Shown: one piece after another, positions 26,340 through 35,686 of the stretch | Position numbering within the stretch: position 1 is the stretch's first letter | Layout of the letters: each line of letters opens with the position of its first letter | Source of the DNA: a virus | DNA: 64,000 nt | IMG/VR virus record: IMGVR_UViG_3300025929_000012 | Span: 46,329-110,328 of that record | Reading direction: 5' to 3' (one strand) | Made by a program: the position numbers and the translations under genes | The notes under the pieces: generated by a model | What the model saw: only the letters and a program-made list of their open reading frames with translations | Database searches by the model: none | What the model was told of the DNA's origin: nothing

Positions 26340-26783
26340 CTAGTTCGATCGACGGGCATGCATGACGTCCCACGGGCCTGTGGCGGTCTTCGCGGTGCCT
26401 ACCCATGCGGTCACCGGGCGGCCGAGCGCGATGCTCGCCAGTGCGCGGCTGTGGCCGTCCACGAGGCGGAGGAGCCTCGTGCCGGGCCGCCGGATCGCGA
26501 CGACCGGCTTCCTGGCCCCCGCCCTGAGTGAGCTGACCATGGAAGCCACCTTGAGGCGGTCCTTCGCGGCCAGCGCCCAGTTCGGGTCGTTGTCGCGGTC
26601 TAGCTGCCGGGCCGGGACCATGACGGGTTGCGCCCGCCATTGGACCTCGTCAACCCAGCCGAGGGAACCGGGCGGGTAGTCGCGGGCGAGCTGGATCTTC
26701 ACCTCTTGCGCCACGGTCAGCTTCTGCGGCGTGGCGAGGGGGGCGTGGGCGTCGGAGACGGGCTGGACGGACGGAACGGCCAC
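26340..26783 (-). CDS. ParB/Srx-like domain protein
   Basis: KPVVAIRRPG..LRLVDGHSRALA. Confidence 0.7.
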   Translation of the reverse strand: MAVPSVQPVSDAHAPLATPQKLTVAQEVKIQLARDYPPGSLGWVDEVQWRAQPVMVPARQLDRDNDPNWALAAKDRLKVASMVSSLRAGARKPVVAIRRPGTRLLRLVDGHSRALASIALGRPVTAWVGTAKTATGPWDVMHARRSN

Positions 26784-26815
26784 CGGTCACCGCCGTCGCC
26801 TTGTACCTTATCGGT

Positions 26816-27679
26816 GTGACCGACAGTGAGCACACCACTACGAAGCTGGCGCGGGCCCTGGAAGCCATCCCCGGGGTGCCCGAGGACATGATCGAGAAGG
26901 CCAGGACCGGGCACTACCATGACTACCTGTCGCCTCTTGACTTCCCCGAGATGCAACTCTTCGCCGACCTGCGGAACCTGGCCGGGCGGCGCACGATGCC
27001 CCCGGCATCCCGGCGGATGCTCCTGAACCTCGCCAAGGACGTCATCAACGGCAAGCACGGCGCCAGCAAAGAGGAATCCGAAGAGTGGGCCCGCTCCCCG
27101 GACGGGCAGGAGACGATGGCGCTCCTCACCGGGCAAGCACCCGGGGACGCCCCCGGCGAGGCCGGCCCCGGGATCTGGATCAAGTCCACGCGCGGTCCCG
27201 ACGATGAGCCTGCCTGCGAGGTCACCTGGGGGCCGCTGCAGTGCTACGCCCCGGTTGCCGACGTCCGCGACACGGCGATCGACCTGGTCACCTGCGCCGC
27301 CTACGCGGAGATGATGATGACCCTCATCGTGCGAGTGGACCTCTCAGCTGCGATCGTGTCCCAGTTCGCCACGGAACTGCTCGCCGGGCGGGACAAGCGC
27401 TACTTCGGGGCGAAGACCACGATGACGCTGCTGCCCGCCGGGTCATCGAAACGGCGGCAGGCCCTCGTGCTGCTGAAACGGGGGTCGCTGGAAGGCGCGC
27501 TCAGCCCGGATGAGGCACGGGCGATGGCGCTGGCCTGGCTGGAGGTCGCGGAGGCCACCGAATCCGACCAGCTCGTCAGCGAGGCCCTCCGCGGGACAGG
27601 CGTCCCCGGTGACGCGCAGGACAGGCTGTTCGGCTACCTGCGGCACCTGCGGAAGCAGCCGGAAGGCCAGTCGCGGTGA
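26816..27679 (+). CDS. Hypothetical protein, first of cassette F
   Basis: -10 TACCTT 6 nt before GTG; GHYHDYLSPLDFP. Confidence 0.75.
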   Translation: MTDSEHTTTKLARALEAIPGVPEDMIEKARTGHYHDYLSPLDFPEMQLFADLRNLAGRRTMPPASRRMLLNLAKDVINGKHGASKEESEEWARSPDGQETMALLTGQAPGDAPGEAGPGIWIKSTRGPDDEPACEVTWGPLQCYAPVADVRDTAIDLVTCAAYAEMMMTLIVRVDLSAAIVSQFATELLAGRDKRYFGAKTTMTLLPAGSSKRRQALVLLKRGSLEGALSPDEARAMALAWLEVAEATESDQLVSEALRGTGVPGDAQDRLFGYLRHLRKQPEGQSR

Positions 27680-28266
27680 GCGCGCCGCCACGTGACGTTT
27701 TCGCCGCTGCCGCCCGGCTGGCCATCGAACGGCATGACGAGTGGGACGCCCCGCACGCCTTCGAGACGCTCCACTGGGACGGGGTCAAGCTCACGACGAT
27801 GACCTACGCGTGCATCATGCCCGACGTTGACCCGCCGGACTACCCGAAGCTGATGGCCAGGCTCGCGCGGGAGGAACTGGAGAAGCACCCGGACGATCCC
27901 GCCTACGGGTACCTGGTTCAGGCCGAAGGGTTCAAGGTGGTGACGCCGGCACCGGGGACCAGGGAGGCGGAGGCGTTCGACTGGGAGCAGTATCACCGGG
28001 ACCGCCTCGGAAGGACGTTCCACAAGCGCCCGGATGCCGTTGAGACATGCACCGCGTGGGCCGCCGACATTCACGGCCGGCTGTGGTGGGCGGAGAAGGC
28101 CCGCGGCGTGGAGGGCGTCCGGGAAGCATTCTTCGGGCCGGACGGCACCTCATCGGGCCAGATGCGGCGCATGGGCGGACCGTGGCCGGAGGCGCTGCTG
28201 GCCGTCGCCTACGCTACCGGCATGACCGCGTGGGGGCTGCCGGGGCCGCAAGGGCGGATGAACTGA
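27676..28266 (+). CDS. Hypothetical protein (cassette F)
   Basis: GTGA coupling. Confidence 0.7.
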   Translation: MSAPPRDVFAAAARLAIERHDEWDAPHAFETLHWDGVKLTTMTYACIMPDVDPPDYPKLMARLAREELEKHPDDPAYGYLVQAEGFKVVTPAPGTREAEAFDWEQYHRDRLGRTFHKRPDAVETCTAWAADIHGRLWWAEKARGVEGVREAFFGPDGTSSGQMRRMGGPWPEALLAVAYATGMTAWGLPGPQGRMN

Positions 28267-28268
28267 CC

Positions 28269-28826
28269 ATGGGCGCGGCACGGGGGCGGCTGCTCCGCGC
28301 GGGACTGGCGGTGATCCTCGCCGGGTTCGCGTGCGGGGTCGCGTCGGCAACCCTGTCGTTCGCGTGGGCGTACACCAGGGCAGGCGGCCTCTCTGAGGCG
28401 TCATGGTGGCTGACGTGGCTCGCCCGGGGGTGCTTCGCCATCGCGGTGGCGTGCGCGGTCCTGCAGCGGCGGCTGCGGGCACAGGAGGCCAGGATGCTGC
28501 ACGATACCCGGCCGCGCCCCGACTACGCTGCCATCGCCGCGATGGAGACCGAGATCTGGGGGCACCCGTTCCATCACGCGGGAGCGCCGTGGCGCTGTGA
28601 ATGGCCTGCCTGGTGCGGGCCGGGCCGGGAAGCCGACGCGGCGGAGGCCCTCAAGGCGCGGGGCATCCTGGTTACCCGGGTCACCGGTCACCCTGCCATC
28701 CCGGACGGGGAAGTGGTCCTGGTGAACCCTGACAGCGGCTACCAGCCCGGCTACGGCAGCACCTCGGCGCCCTTAAACGGGGCAATGGCACGGCACCTGC
28801 AGTTGGGATGCGCGGACCCGGGGTAG
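28269..28826 (+). CDS. Membrane protein (cassette F)
   Basis: Two N-terminal hydrophobic segments; overlaps minor head gene tail-to-tail by 76 nt. Confidence 0.55.
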   Translation: MGAARGRLLRAGLAVILAGFACGVASATLSFAWAYTRAGGLSEASWWLTWLARGCFAIAVACAVLQRRLRAQEARMLHDTRPRPDYAAIAAMETEIWGHPFHHAGAPWRCEWPAWCGPGREADAAEALKARGILVTRVTGHPAIPDGEVVLVNPDSGYQPGYGSTSAPLNGAMARHLQLGCADPG

Positions 28827-29416
28827 GCAGGGTGGCCTTCGACGACAGGCGGATGGTCAGCCCTGAAGTTCTTCCCGCTGGCAGCAGCGCAGCCCGGCGA
28901 GCACCTCGGGTCAAGCTTGGCCTGCCAGCCCAGGAGGTTGCCGTGCTTCGCGGCCATCCCGTCGACCGCCGCCGCCGCCGCAACTCGCTGCGCCGAGGCT
29001 TCCACGTGGAGGCCGAGGTAGCGCTTCTCCGTGGCCAGCGCGTCCCTGATCGCGGTCATGGCCGGCTGATCCTTCGACCGTGCCGCCTTGACCGCCTGCT
29101 GAACCCGCCTCGCTGCGGCCAGGAAAAACTGCGCCTTCCGGAGAAGGTTCTGCCGCGCGGCGAATCGTGACGCCGGCCCGGCGCCCTTCACGGCCTCACC
29201 CGGCCCGGAGGAGAACAGGGCGGCCACGGCGGACAGGACGGCGGCGGAGATCCCCGCCGCCTTAAAGGGTGCCCGTAGCGCCGCGCTGAGCGCCTTCACG
29301 GTCCCGTAGGCGGCGAGGGCAGCGACGATCAGGGCAATGAGGTGATCATCGGGAGACGGCGGGGGCTGCTGGCCCGGTGCGGGCTGCTGCTGCGGGGCTT
29401 GCGGGGCGGGCGGCAC
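28751..29416 (-). CDS. Minor head protein (MuF / SPP1 gp7-like)
   Basis: LGWQAKLDPRCS..C...PGSAHPNCRC; follows portal. Confidence 0.75.
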   Translation of the reverse strand: MPPAPQAPQQQPAPGQQPPPSPDDHLIALIVAALAAYGTVKALSAALRAPFKAAGISAAVLSAVAALFSSGPGEAVKGAGPASRFAARQNLLRKAQFFLAAARRVQQAVKAARSKDQPAMTAIRDALATEKRYLGLHVEASAQRVAAAAAVDGMAAKHGNLLGWQAKLDPRCSPGCAAASGKNFRADHPPVVEGHPAYPGSAHPNCRCRAIAPFKGAEVLP

Positions 29417-29590
29417 GGCTCACCTCACGCCCCTGGGCCTCCGCAAGTCATCCCCGGCCAGCGCCACGCCGTCAGTGCAGATCAGCACCGGCCACCCGGA
29501 GGAGGTCACCCCGACCGCCATCTCATGATCATCAGGCAGGTCTGTCGCCTTCACGCCGCACGCCGGGCAGGTCACCGCCACGGCGACCCC

Positions 29591-29866
29591 CTACGCTTTT
29601 GGATCGCCGTGGGCAGGCACGCGCCAGAGTGCGTCGGGTGCGGTATCCAGCACCTCGGCCAGCGCGATCAGCTCATCGGCCTGCACGTAGCGTTCGCAGC
29701 GTTCAACGGCTCCCACGGTCTGCGGGTGCCAGTTGCCGTAGCCGAGGTGCCGCATGCCGTCCGCTACCTGTTTCTGGGACAGTCGCCGCCGGGCCCGCTC
29801 GGCGCGGATGTTCGCCGCTATGGACAGGCGCACGCTTACATAGCGACCTGCACCGGTATCAGCCAT
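29591..29866 (-). CDS. XRE-family HTH regulator
   Basis: IAANIRAERARRRLSQKQVA...TVGAVERCER; leaderless (-10 TAAAAT 6 nt upstream). Confidence 0.85.
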   Translation of the reverse strand: MADTGAGRYVSVRLSIAANIRAERARRRLSQKQVADGMRHLGYGNWHPQTVGAVERCERYVQADELIALAEVLDTAPDALWRVPAHGDPKA

Positions 29867-29888
29867 GCGTGCATTTTACATGATCTGC

Positions 29889-29917
29889 TTGCGCTGCACG
29901 CGGTAGGCTGGTATCAT
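29889..29917 (+). promoter_or_regulatory. Sigma-70-type promoter divergent from XRE gene
   Basis: TTGCGC-17-TATCAT. Confidence 0.65.
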
Positions 29918-29923
29918 CGTAGA

Positions 29924-30088
29924 TGTAAGCAAAGCAGTTAGCCCGGCGGGGGTTCGCTACCGTCACCGGGCGCGTGGGAGGACAGGCCTTATGCACCCCG
30001 GGCCTGCCAAGTGGCCACCAGACCACCAGGGGTGAAGTAGCGGCCAGGGACCGGGTCTAGCTAACCCGGGGTCCTGGCCGTTGCGTTT
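29924..30088 (+). ncRNA. Candidate ~165-nt structured small RNA, may encode a 14-aa peptide (29991-30035)
   Basis: Promoter upstream; hairpin 29941-29971; long terminal hairpin ~30041-30080 followed by TTGCGTTT. Confidence 0.4.
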
Positions 30089-30090
30089 CC

Positions 30091-31620
30091 CTAAGCCTTC
30101 GGTATCCCGAGGGTGGGCATCCCGAACGGCTCGGCGATGTTCTCCGGCAGCGGCTCACGGCCCGCCTGGGCGAGGGCCTGCTGCGCCACCCGGGTAGCAG
30201 CCGCCGTCCCCCCCGCCAGCCGCCCCAGTGACGCCGCTGCTTCCTTCGGCATCCCCGGCGGCGCCGTCGCCACCACGTGGGCCTCCCGGTCCCTAGCGCC
30301 CTGCTGCACGATCTGCGACACCGCGTCCACGTCCAGGTTCAAGACCGTCGCCAGCCGTTCCGTGATCAGGTCGAGGATCGCGGGCGGCACCTGCAGCGAC
30401 GGGGCAACGGCCAGCTCCTGGAACAGGCCCACCAGCTGGGATGACGACTCGTCGGTGAGCGCCCCGAACTTGAACACCGGGTAGGCGGCGGACGGCCCGA
30501 AGTTCAATGTGACTAGCGGCGCTATCACGTCATGGGTGAGGGACTCGGCGATCTCCGCCGAGATGGCCTGCCGGGACTTCAGGAAGAACGCGCTCTGGTC
30601 CTGGGACAAGGCGAGGCTGCCCTTGCCCATGGACGCGAGGCTGGACAGCCCCGTGAAGCCTGCGAGAACCGATGCGGTCTGCCACGTCTCCAGGAACGCG
30701 AGCGCATCGGCAAATTGTGAGGCGCCTTTCCCTGAGCTTTCGAGCACCTCGAAGTCTTTTGCGCCCTGCGGGCCTCTTGTGAATCCCGCCACCCCGGAAG
30801 CCCGCATTGAGGCGACGTCATCAGCTCGCGCATTGGCCTCACGCTGATCCTGGCCGTACACGATCACTTTAGGCAACGACTGTTGCTCAAGGAACGCCAG
30901 CCACAAAAAGACCAACTTTAGCTTCGTTTTGTAACACCAGTAACAGACCGCTAGCTCGGACGTGCCGGTTAGCGGCTCACGGTGCCGGCCATTTACGTGG
31001 ACGAACGAGCGCACCTTCGGGATGTCCACCCAGCCCGGCGTGGACCCCGGTCTCGTGCTCAGCGCCTGGCCGCCGAGCAGGAACAACTGCTGGCGGAAGC
31101 CCATCTCAGCGGCCGTCTTCGGATCGCGGCGCAGCTCGCACGTGGCGGTCGGGCGGTGCGCGAGCTTCTCGTAGGTGACCGCGCCGTCTTCCTCGCGAAT
31201 CCGGAAAATCTTTTCGTGAAAGGATTTTCTATAGATTTGCGCTGACGTGACTTGCCCGATGACATCCTGCAGCGGCGTCTTCATGCCGCCGGACGTGGCG
31301 GGGGCGAACAGCGCGGAGTTGCAAAGCTCTGCCTCGCCGCTGTCGCCCTTGGACGGCTCGATCGCCCGCGATGCCTGCCTGATGGGCAGGGTCAGGACGG
31401 CCTCAAGCGCAGACGCCTGGCCGTCCTGGTCAAGCATCTTCGCAACGTCACGACTTGACCACTCTCCGTAGTCGAGTACCGAGCCGTCACCGAACGTGGA
31501 GAACATGCGGGTCATGGAGTCGTACTGAGTCCCGAGTTCCCCGCCGAGGATCTGGTTGCGAGTCGCGGGCTTCAGGTCGGGGAACTTGACGATGCGCGCC
31601 GTCTGCGGGTCGGGAGCCAC
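30091..31620 (-). CDS. Portal protein (Mu gp29 / DUF935-like)
   Basis: 509 aa after terminase; GSLALSQDQSAFF...IAPLVTLNFG. Confidence 0.85.
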   Translation of the reverse strand: MAPDPQTARIVKFPDLKPATRNQILGGELGTQYDSMTRMFSTFGDGSVLDYGEWSSRDVAKMLDQDGQASALEAVLTLPIRQASRAIEPSKGDSGEAELCNSALFAPATSGGMKTPLQDVIGQVTSAQIYRKSFHEKIFRIREEDGAVTYEKLAHRPTATCELRRDPKTAAEMGFRQQLFLLGGQALSTRPGSTPGWVDIPKVRSFVHVNGRHREPLTGTSELAVCYWCYKTKLKLVFLWLAFLEQQSLPKVIVYGQDQREANARADDVASMRASGVAGFTRGPQGAKDFEVLESSGKGASQFADALAFLETWQTASVLAGFTGLSSLASMGKGSLALSQDQSAFFLKSRQAISAEIAESLTHDVIAPLVTLNFGPSAAYPVFKFGALTDESSSQLVGLFQELAVAPSLQVPPAILDLITERLATVLNLDVDAVSQIVQQGARDREAHVVATAPPGMPKEAAASLGRLAGGTAAATRVAQQALAQAGREPLPENIAEPFGMPTLGIPKA

Positions 31621-31650
31621 GAGCGCCCCCCGTCGCTACGCTGGGGTTTC

Positions 31651-31935
31651 ATGACCGGGCCGAAGACGTCCGCCGACCGCCTCCGCGAGTATCTCTACCA
31701 CCGGCCGCGAGCCATGTGGGCGTACGCGAGCGAGCCGCTCTACCACGCTGAGGTCGAGTGGACGTGCCGCCTGCTGGGCATCGTGGACGAGGCAGCCGAC
31801 GCGGAGACGGCGGAGAGGGTCACCGCCGCGATCTGCGAACGGCTAGCAGGCGACAGCGTCACCGAGGCCATTGAGCGGGCGCAGGACAGGCAGGCTGAGA
31901 TGGACCGCCTGATGGGGCGGGGCGCTCCCGGCTAG
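31651..31935 (+). CDS. Hypothetical protein (single-gene cassette G)
   Basis: -10 TACGCT 8 nt before ATG; stop overlaps neighbour's stop (CTAG). Confidence 0.6.
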   Translation: MTGPKTSADRLREYLYHRPRAMWAYASEPLYHAEVEWTCRLLGIVDEAADAETAERVTAAICERLAGDSVTEAIERAQDRQAEMDRLMGRGAPG

Positions 31936-32162
31936 TTCGCGACGCCAGTCTTCAGCCCGGGAACGCCCCTCAGAACATTCGCCGGCGTGGTCGTGTCTAC
32001 CGAATTCGGGGGCGCAAGCAAGATCTTGCCCTCGGCGAGGAGACGAATCGTGGACGCCTTAGCCGGGTTAAGCGGCAGCACGTCCCCGGGCTCCGCAAAC
32101 CAGTCATCGATCACGGAGTAGACGCGCAGCGGGACCAGGGCCGTGTACAAGAGAGTGGCCAC
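31932..32162 (-). CDS. Small hypothetical late protein
   Basis: GGAGGTGA SD immediately after terL. Confidence 0.65.
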   Translation of the reverse strand: MATLLYTALVPLRVYSVIDDWFAEPGDVLPLNPAKASTIRLLAEGKILLAPPNSVDTTTPANVLRGVPGLKTGVAN

Positions 32163-32165
32163 GGC

Positions 32166-33866
32166 TCACCTCCACGTGCGGACGTTGGGCCGGTCGGGGC
32201 GGCCGTCGTCGTCCTGCGGCGCCCACGCGTCCGGGGAATCCCACCCGTCCCGCCTGTCCCGGTCATCCGGACCACCGGGACGGCGACGCGACCTGTCCTC
32301 CGTCAGCCGCTCCAAGTCGGTGTGCGCCGCCCACTGCCTCGCCGACGGAGAATGAGGCAGTGAACGCGGCCAGTAGCTCTGAACGCAGGCGTCACCGTCG
32401 TCCGTGCTGCGGCCAAGCCGCTTCTCGATCTCGTCCTTGGACTCCACCGCGATCTTGCCCCCGGAGGTGACCGTCCACTGAGGGGCCGACAGGTCGCCGA
32501 GCAGCATCTCGTCGTCGGGGAGGCACAGGTCCGAGCCCGCCGACGGGTCAAGCTGTTCCCTGAGGCCCCACCAGGCCGCGCTGCGGGTGCAGTTGAAACC
32601 GAGGGTGCCTGTGCTGTCCATGCGATCCGTGCGGTTCGACGCGCCGAACGCCTCCACCTTGCAGCCCTGCTCATGCAGCCGGTCGTACACGCCGCCGCCG
32701 ACGCCGACCACGTCAATGACCGCGGTGCGGGCCGGGTCCGCGTCGAGAACAGCCTTTACCTTGCCCGCGGTGACCATCGTGCTTTCCTTGGCCGTCTTCC
32801 GCAGCTCCACCAGCACCGGGCCGTTGCGGACCGCGATTACCGTCTTCGCGGTCCCGTACCTGGCGACGTCCACGCCCGCCGTGCGCGGGTAGTCCATGTC
32901 GGTGCCCGGCCTGCCCGCGAGGTCCCACTCATGCCAGCGCTCAACCGCCGCCTCGGCCCACGCCAGGGGGATGACCGAGTCCTCATCGCCGGCGTGGAAC
33001 TCGCCCAGCACCCGGTTCTGGTAGATGCTCGAATCGGGGCCCCACTGGAGCGCACGCTGGGCGGCCCATGCCGGGTCGATCTGCCCCGCCGCTATCGCCT
33101 GGTCGAGGGTTATGTGGACGGCGTGCCAGTCCTCGTAGCCGGGCTTGCGGGACTGGATGTCATAGAAGCGGCCAGACGGCGCACCGGGCGTTGACAGGGC
33201 CAGCGCGAACGCTTCCCCGGTGCCGTTCAGCGCGCCCTCGCAGGCGTCGAACGTGCCCGCCGGGATCGCCTTAGCCTCATCGAAGACGAACAGGAGGCTG
33301 TCAGCGTGCGCGCCCTCAATGAGGGCCGAGTTGGCGGACGCGCTGGCGAACGCCGCGCCGTGGTTGAGGCGCAGGTTCAGGTTCATCAGCTCATTGGGGC
33401 TGAACGGGTGGCCGCGAAGGCGGACGTTGAGCTCCTCGTGGGCGGTCAGCCGGTCACCGCGGACCTTGTCCCAGCGGACCCGGACGGCCCAGCGGTGGAT
33501 CTCCCTCCACAGGAACTTGGAGATCTGATGCCATGACCCGGCGGTGGTCGCGACCTTCCAGTCCACCCCGGCGGCCTCGCGGGTCAGCGCGAACCACAAG
33601 ACTGTTATCGCGGACAGCGCCGACTTGCCTGCGCCGTGCGGCGAGCGGACGCATACCCGCTTAGCGGCAGGCAGGCCGCCGATGATCTCCCGCTGGTAGG
33701 CGGTGAGGCTCTTGCCGCGCCAGTCGATGCAGTCCTCGGCGAACGCTACCGGGTCGTTGTAGTACCGCTGCGACGCCGCTGCCTGGCTGGCCGCTGCCTG
33801 CCGCTGAAGGTCACGGAGGTAGCGGAGACGGTCAGGCGGTGCCTGTACCAGCCGGGTCGTTGGCAC
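32166..33866 (-). CDS. terL: Terminase large subunit
   Basis: Walker A SPHGAGKS, Walker B FVFDEA, nuclease GVDVARYG, IDVVGVGGG, STDDGDA. Confidence 0.95.
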   Translation of the reverse strand: MPTTRLVQAPPDRLRYLRDLQRQAAASQAAASQRYYNDPVAFAEDCIDWRGKSLTAYQREIIGGLPAAKRVCVRSPHGAGKSALSAITVLWFALTREAAGVDWKVATTAGSWHQISKFLWREIHRWAVRVRWDKVRGDRLTAHEELNVRLRGHPFSPNELMNLNLRLNHGAAFASASANSALIEGAHADSLLFVFDEAKAIPAGTFDACEGALNGTGEAFALALSTPGAPSGRFYDIQSRKPGYEDWHAVHITLDQAIAAGQIDPAWAAQRALQWGPDSSIYQNRVLGEFHAGDEDSVIPLAWAEAAVERWHEWDLAGRPGTDMDYPRTAGVDVARYGTAKTVIAVRNGPVLVELRKTAKESTMVTAGKVKAVLDADPARTAVIDVVGVGGGVYDRLHEQGCKVEAFGASNRTDRMDSTGTLGFNCTRSAAWWGLREQLDPSAGSDLCLPDDEMLLGDLSAPQWTVTSGGKIAVESKDEIEKRLGRSTDDGDACVQSYWPRSLPHSPSARQWAAHTDLERLTEDRSRRRPGGPDDRDRRDGWDSPDAWAPQDDDGRPDRPNVRTWR

Positions 33867-34344
33867 TCAGCGCGCCCTCAAGGCGGGCGATCTCATCCTC
33901 GATCAGCTCGGCGGTGATCACCTCAACACGGGACCGGGACGGGGCGTACAGGCCGGTGAGCTTCGCCTCATGGTCATCGAAGCGGAGCAGCCGGTCCAGG
34001 GCATGCAGGACAGGGGCGTCATCAAGGAGCGGGTCACCGGTCACCGGGTGCAAGGCGACCTGCCCGGACGCGGTGGTGGCGTAATGCTTGGAGGTCGCTA
34101 CCCGCCAGGCGAGCCGCCGGTAATCCTGCAGCCGGTCGAGCATCACCTGCAGCGCTTCCGGCCCTGCCAGCGTGTCAGCGGCGGTGGTGCGGGCGTGGCG
34201 GCGGATCGCGTCCCCCACCGACTGCGGTGACCGGTAGCCGAGCTGCTTCGCTATCTGCCGGTAGGACAGGCCCCGCCGGTACAGGTCAGCGGACTGCGCG
34301 TCACGCTCCATCACAGCCAGGGAAGGGCGCTGAGGCATGGCCAC
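33832..34344 (-). CDS. Terminase small subunit-like HTH protein
   Basis: RRGLSYRQIAKQLGY...AKLTGLYAP; directly upstream of terL. Confidence 0.75.
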   Translation of the reverse strand: MAMPQRPSLAVMERDAQSADLYRRGLSYRQIAKQLGYRSPQSVGDAIRRHARTTAADTLAGPEALQVMLDRLQDYRRLAWRVATSKHYATTASGQVALHPVTGDPLLDDAPVLHALDRLLRFDDHEAKLTGLYAPSRSRVEVITAELIEDEIARLEGALSANDPAGTGTA

Positions 34345-34388
34345 CCCCTCGGGCTTTTGTCCAGCGTTCAGTGTCCGGTGGACAGGGG

Positions 34389-35660
34389 TCAGGCGAAGGA
34401 GACGGGGACGGTAGTGCCGTCAGGCTGGACATGCTCGGGCTTGATCCCCGTCTGGCGTTCCCAGCGTGCCGCGATCACGTCGCAATACGCTGGCTCCATC
34501 TCAAGCAGCGCCGCCGTGCGGCCGGTGTTGTGAGCGGCGATGAGCGTGGACCCGGAGCCGGCGAAGGCGTCAAGGACCACCGTGCGCTCGCCCTTGGGGT
34601 CGATCACCGAGAAGGCCCACTCGGCGAGCGCCACGGGCTTCTGCGTCGGATGCACGCGCTTACCGCGCTCGGAGGCCCGCAGCATCCCGTTCCACATGTG
34701 GCGCAGCAGGCGAACGGCCCCGGGGTGGTTCGTCCAAGCGAGCTCACAGTCGGCGAAGTCACCGTTTGTGTCCTTGTCCCAGACCAGCCAGCAGGAGGAG
34801 TCGGACAGGCCGGCGGAGGCGGCGTAGTGATTGCCGCCCCACCAGACGTGCAGGGCGGTGGGGTACTCGGTAGACAGGAGGCGGAACGCGTCGGCAGCGG
34901 TCTCTGTCGTGCTATCGCCAGCCACCGGCCTGTACTGGGTCCAGGTGACGTTCCCGAAGCCGGGCCGGTAGCGCCCCCCTGATGCCGGATCGTAGCCACC
35001 GACGTTGCCGGTTTCCCTCACGATGCCGATCCCGTACGGCGGGTCGGTGTAGACGATCCCGACCGTTCCCAGCCCTTCAGTGACCCGTTTGAGGTCATCC
35101 GGGCTGGTGGCGTCACCGCACAAAAGCCGGTGCGGGCCGAGCAAGTACAGGTCACCTAGCGCGCTGACCGGTTCCGCTGGCGGTTCCGGCACGTCATCCG
35201 GGTCACCGCTGCCACCAGTGCTGCCCGGTTCGTCCCTGCCGAGCAGGTCCGCGAGGTCATCCAGGTCATGGACGCCCCACCCGGTGCCGTCATAGTCGCC
35301 GTCCAGCGCCAGCAGCAGCTCAGCGAGCGCCCGGTCGTCATACCGCTCACCCGTCTCCGGGTCCGGCAGTTCCCCGGTGCGGTTGTCCGCTAGGTTCACG
35401 CGGCGGGCTTCGTCGTCGGTGCAGGTGATGACCTCGCACCGTGCCGTCTCATGCCCTTCGGCCTCGAGCGCGTCGGCGGTGTGGTTCCCGGCCAGGATCA
35501 CGAGGCCGGTGCCGGTGTCGCGGACGACGATGGCCCGGTACTGGCCGAGGCGGGCGACGCTCTTGCGGATCTCGGGGACGTTGCCGCGCCGGGCGTTGCC
35601 GGGGAAGCGGGTGAGCTCAGCGATCGGGACCTCCCGGATCCCCTCGGGCTGGATGGCCAC
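34389..35660 (-). CDS. ParB-N plus DNA amino-methyltransferase (N4C/N6A)
   Basis: ILAGNHT/LADNR (ParB); HRLLCGDAT, YTDPPYG, HPTQKPV, VLDAFAGSGSTL. Confidence 0.9.
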   Translation of the reverse strand: MAIQPEGIREVPIAELTRFPGNARRGNVPEIRKSVARLGQYRAIVVRDTGTGLVILAGNHTADALEAEGHETARCEVITCTDDEARRVNLADNRTGELPDPETGERYDDRALAELLLALDGDYDGTGWGVHDLDDLADLLGRDEPGSTGGSGDPDDVPEPPAEPVSALGDLYLLGPHRLLCGDATSPDDLKRVTEGLGTVGIVYTDPPYGIGIVRETGNVGGYDPASGGRYRPGFGNVTWTQYRPVAGDSTTETAADAFRLLSTEYPTALHVWWGGNHYAASAGLSDSSCWLVWDKDTNGDFADCELAWTNHPGAVRLLRHMWNGMLRASERGKRVHPTQKPVALAEWAFSVIDPKGERTVVLDAFAGSGSTLIAAHNTGRTAALLEMEPAYCDVIAARWERQTGIKPEHVQPDGTTVPVSFA

Positions 35661-35686
35661 GCGCCTGCCCCGCCCGGCTCTCTTGG

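Noticed and set aside
29941-29975. tRNA gene
   Set aside because: Only an acceptor/T-arm-like hairpin; no D or anticodon arm and no CCA
33380-33470. Intein or bypass insert in terL (DRLTAHEELNVRLRGHP)
   Set aside because: Frame is open with no TTA, stop or intein splice motifs; probably a loop insertion
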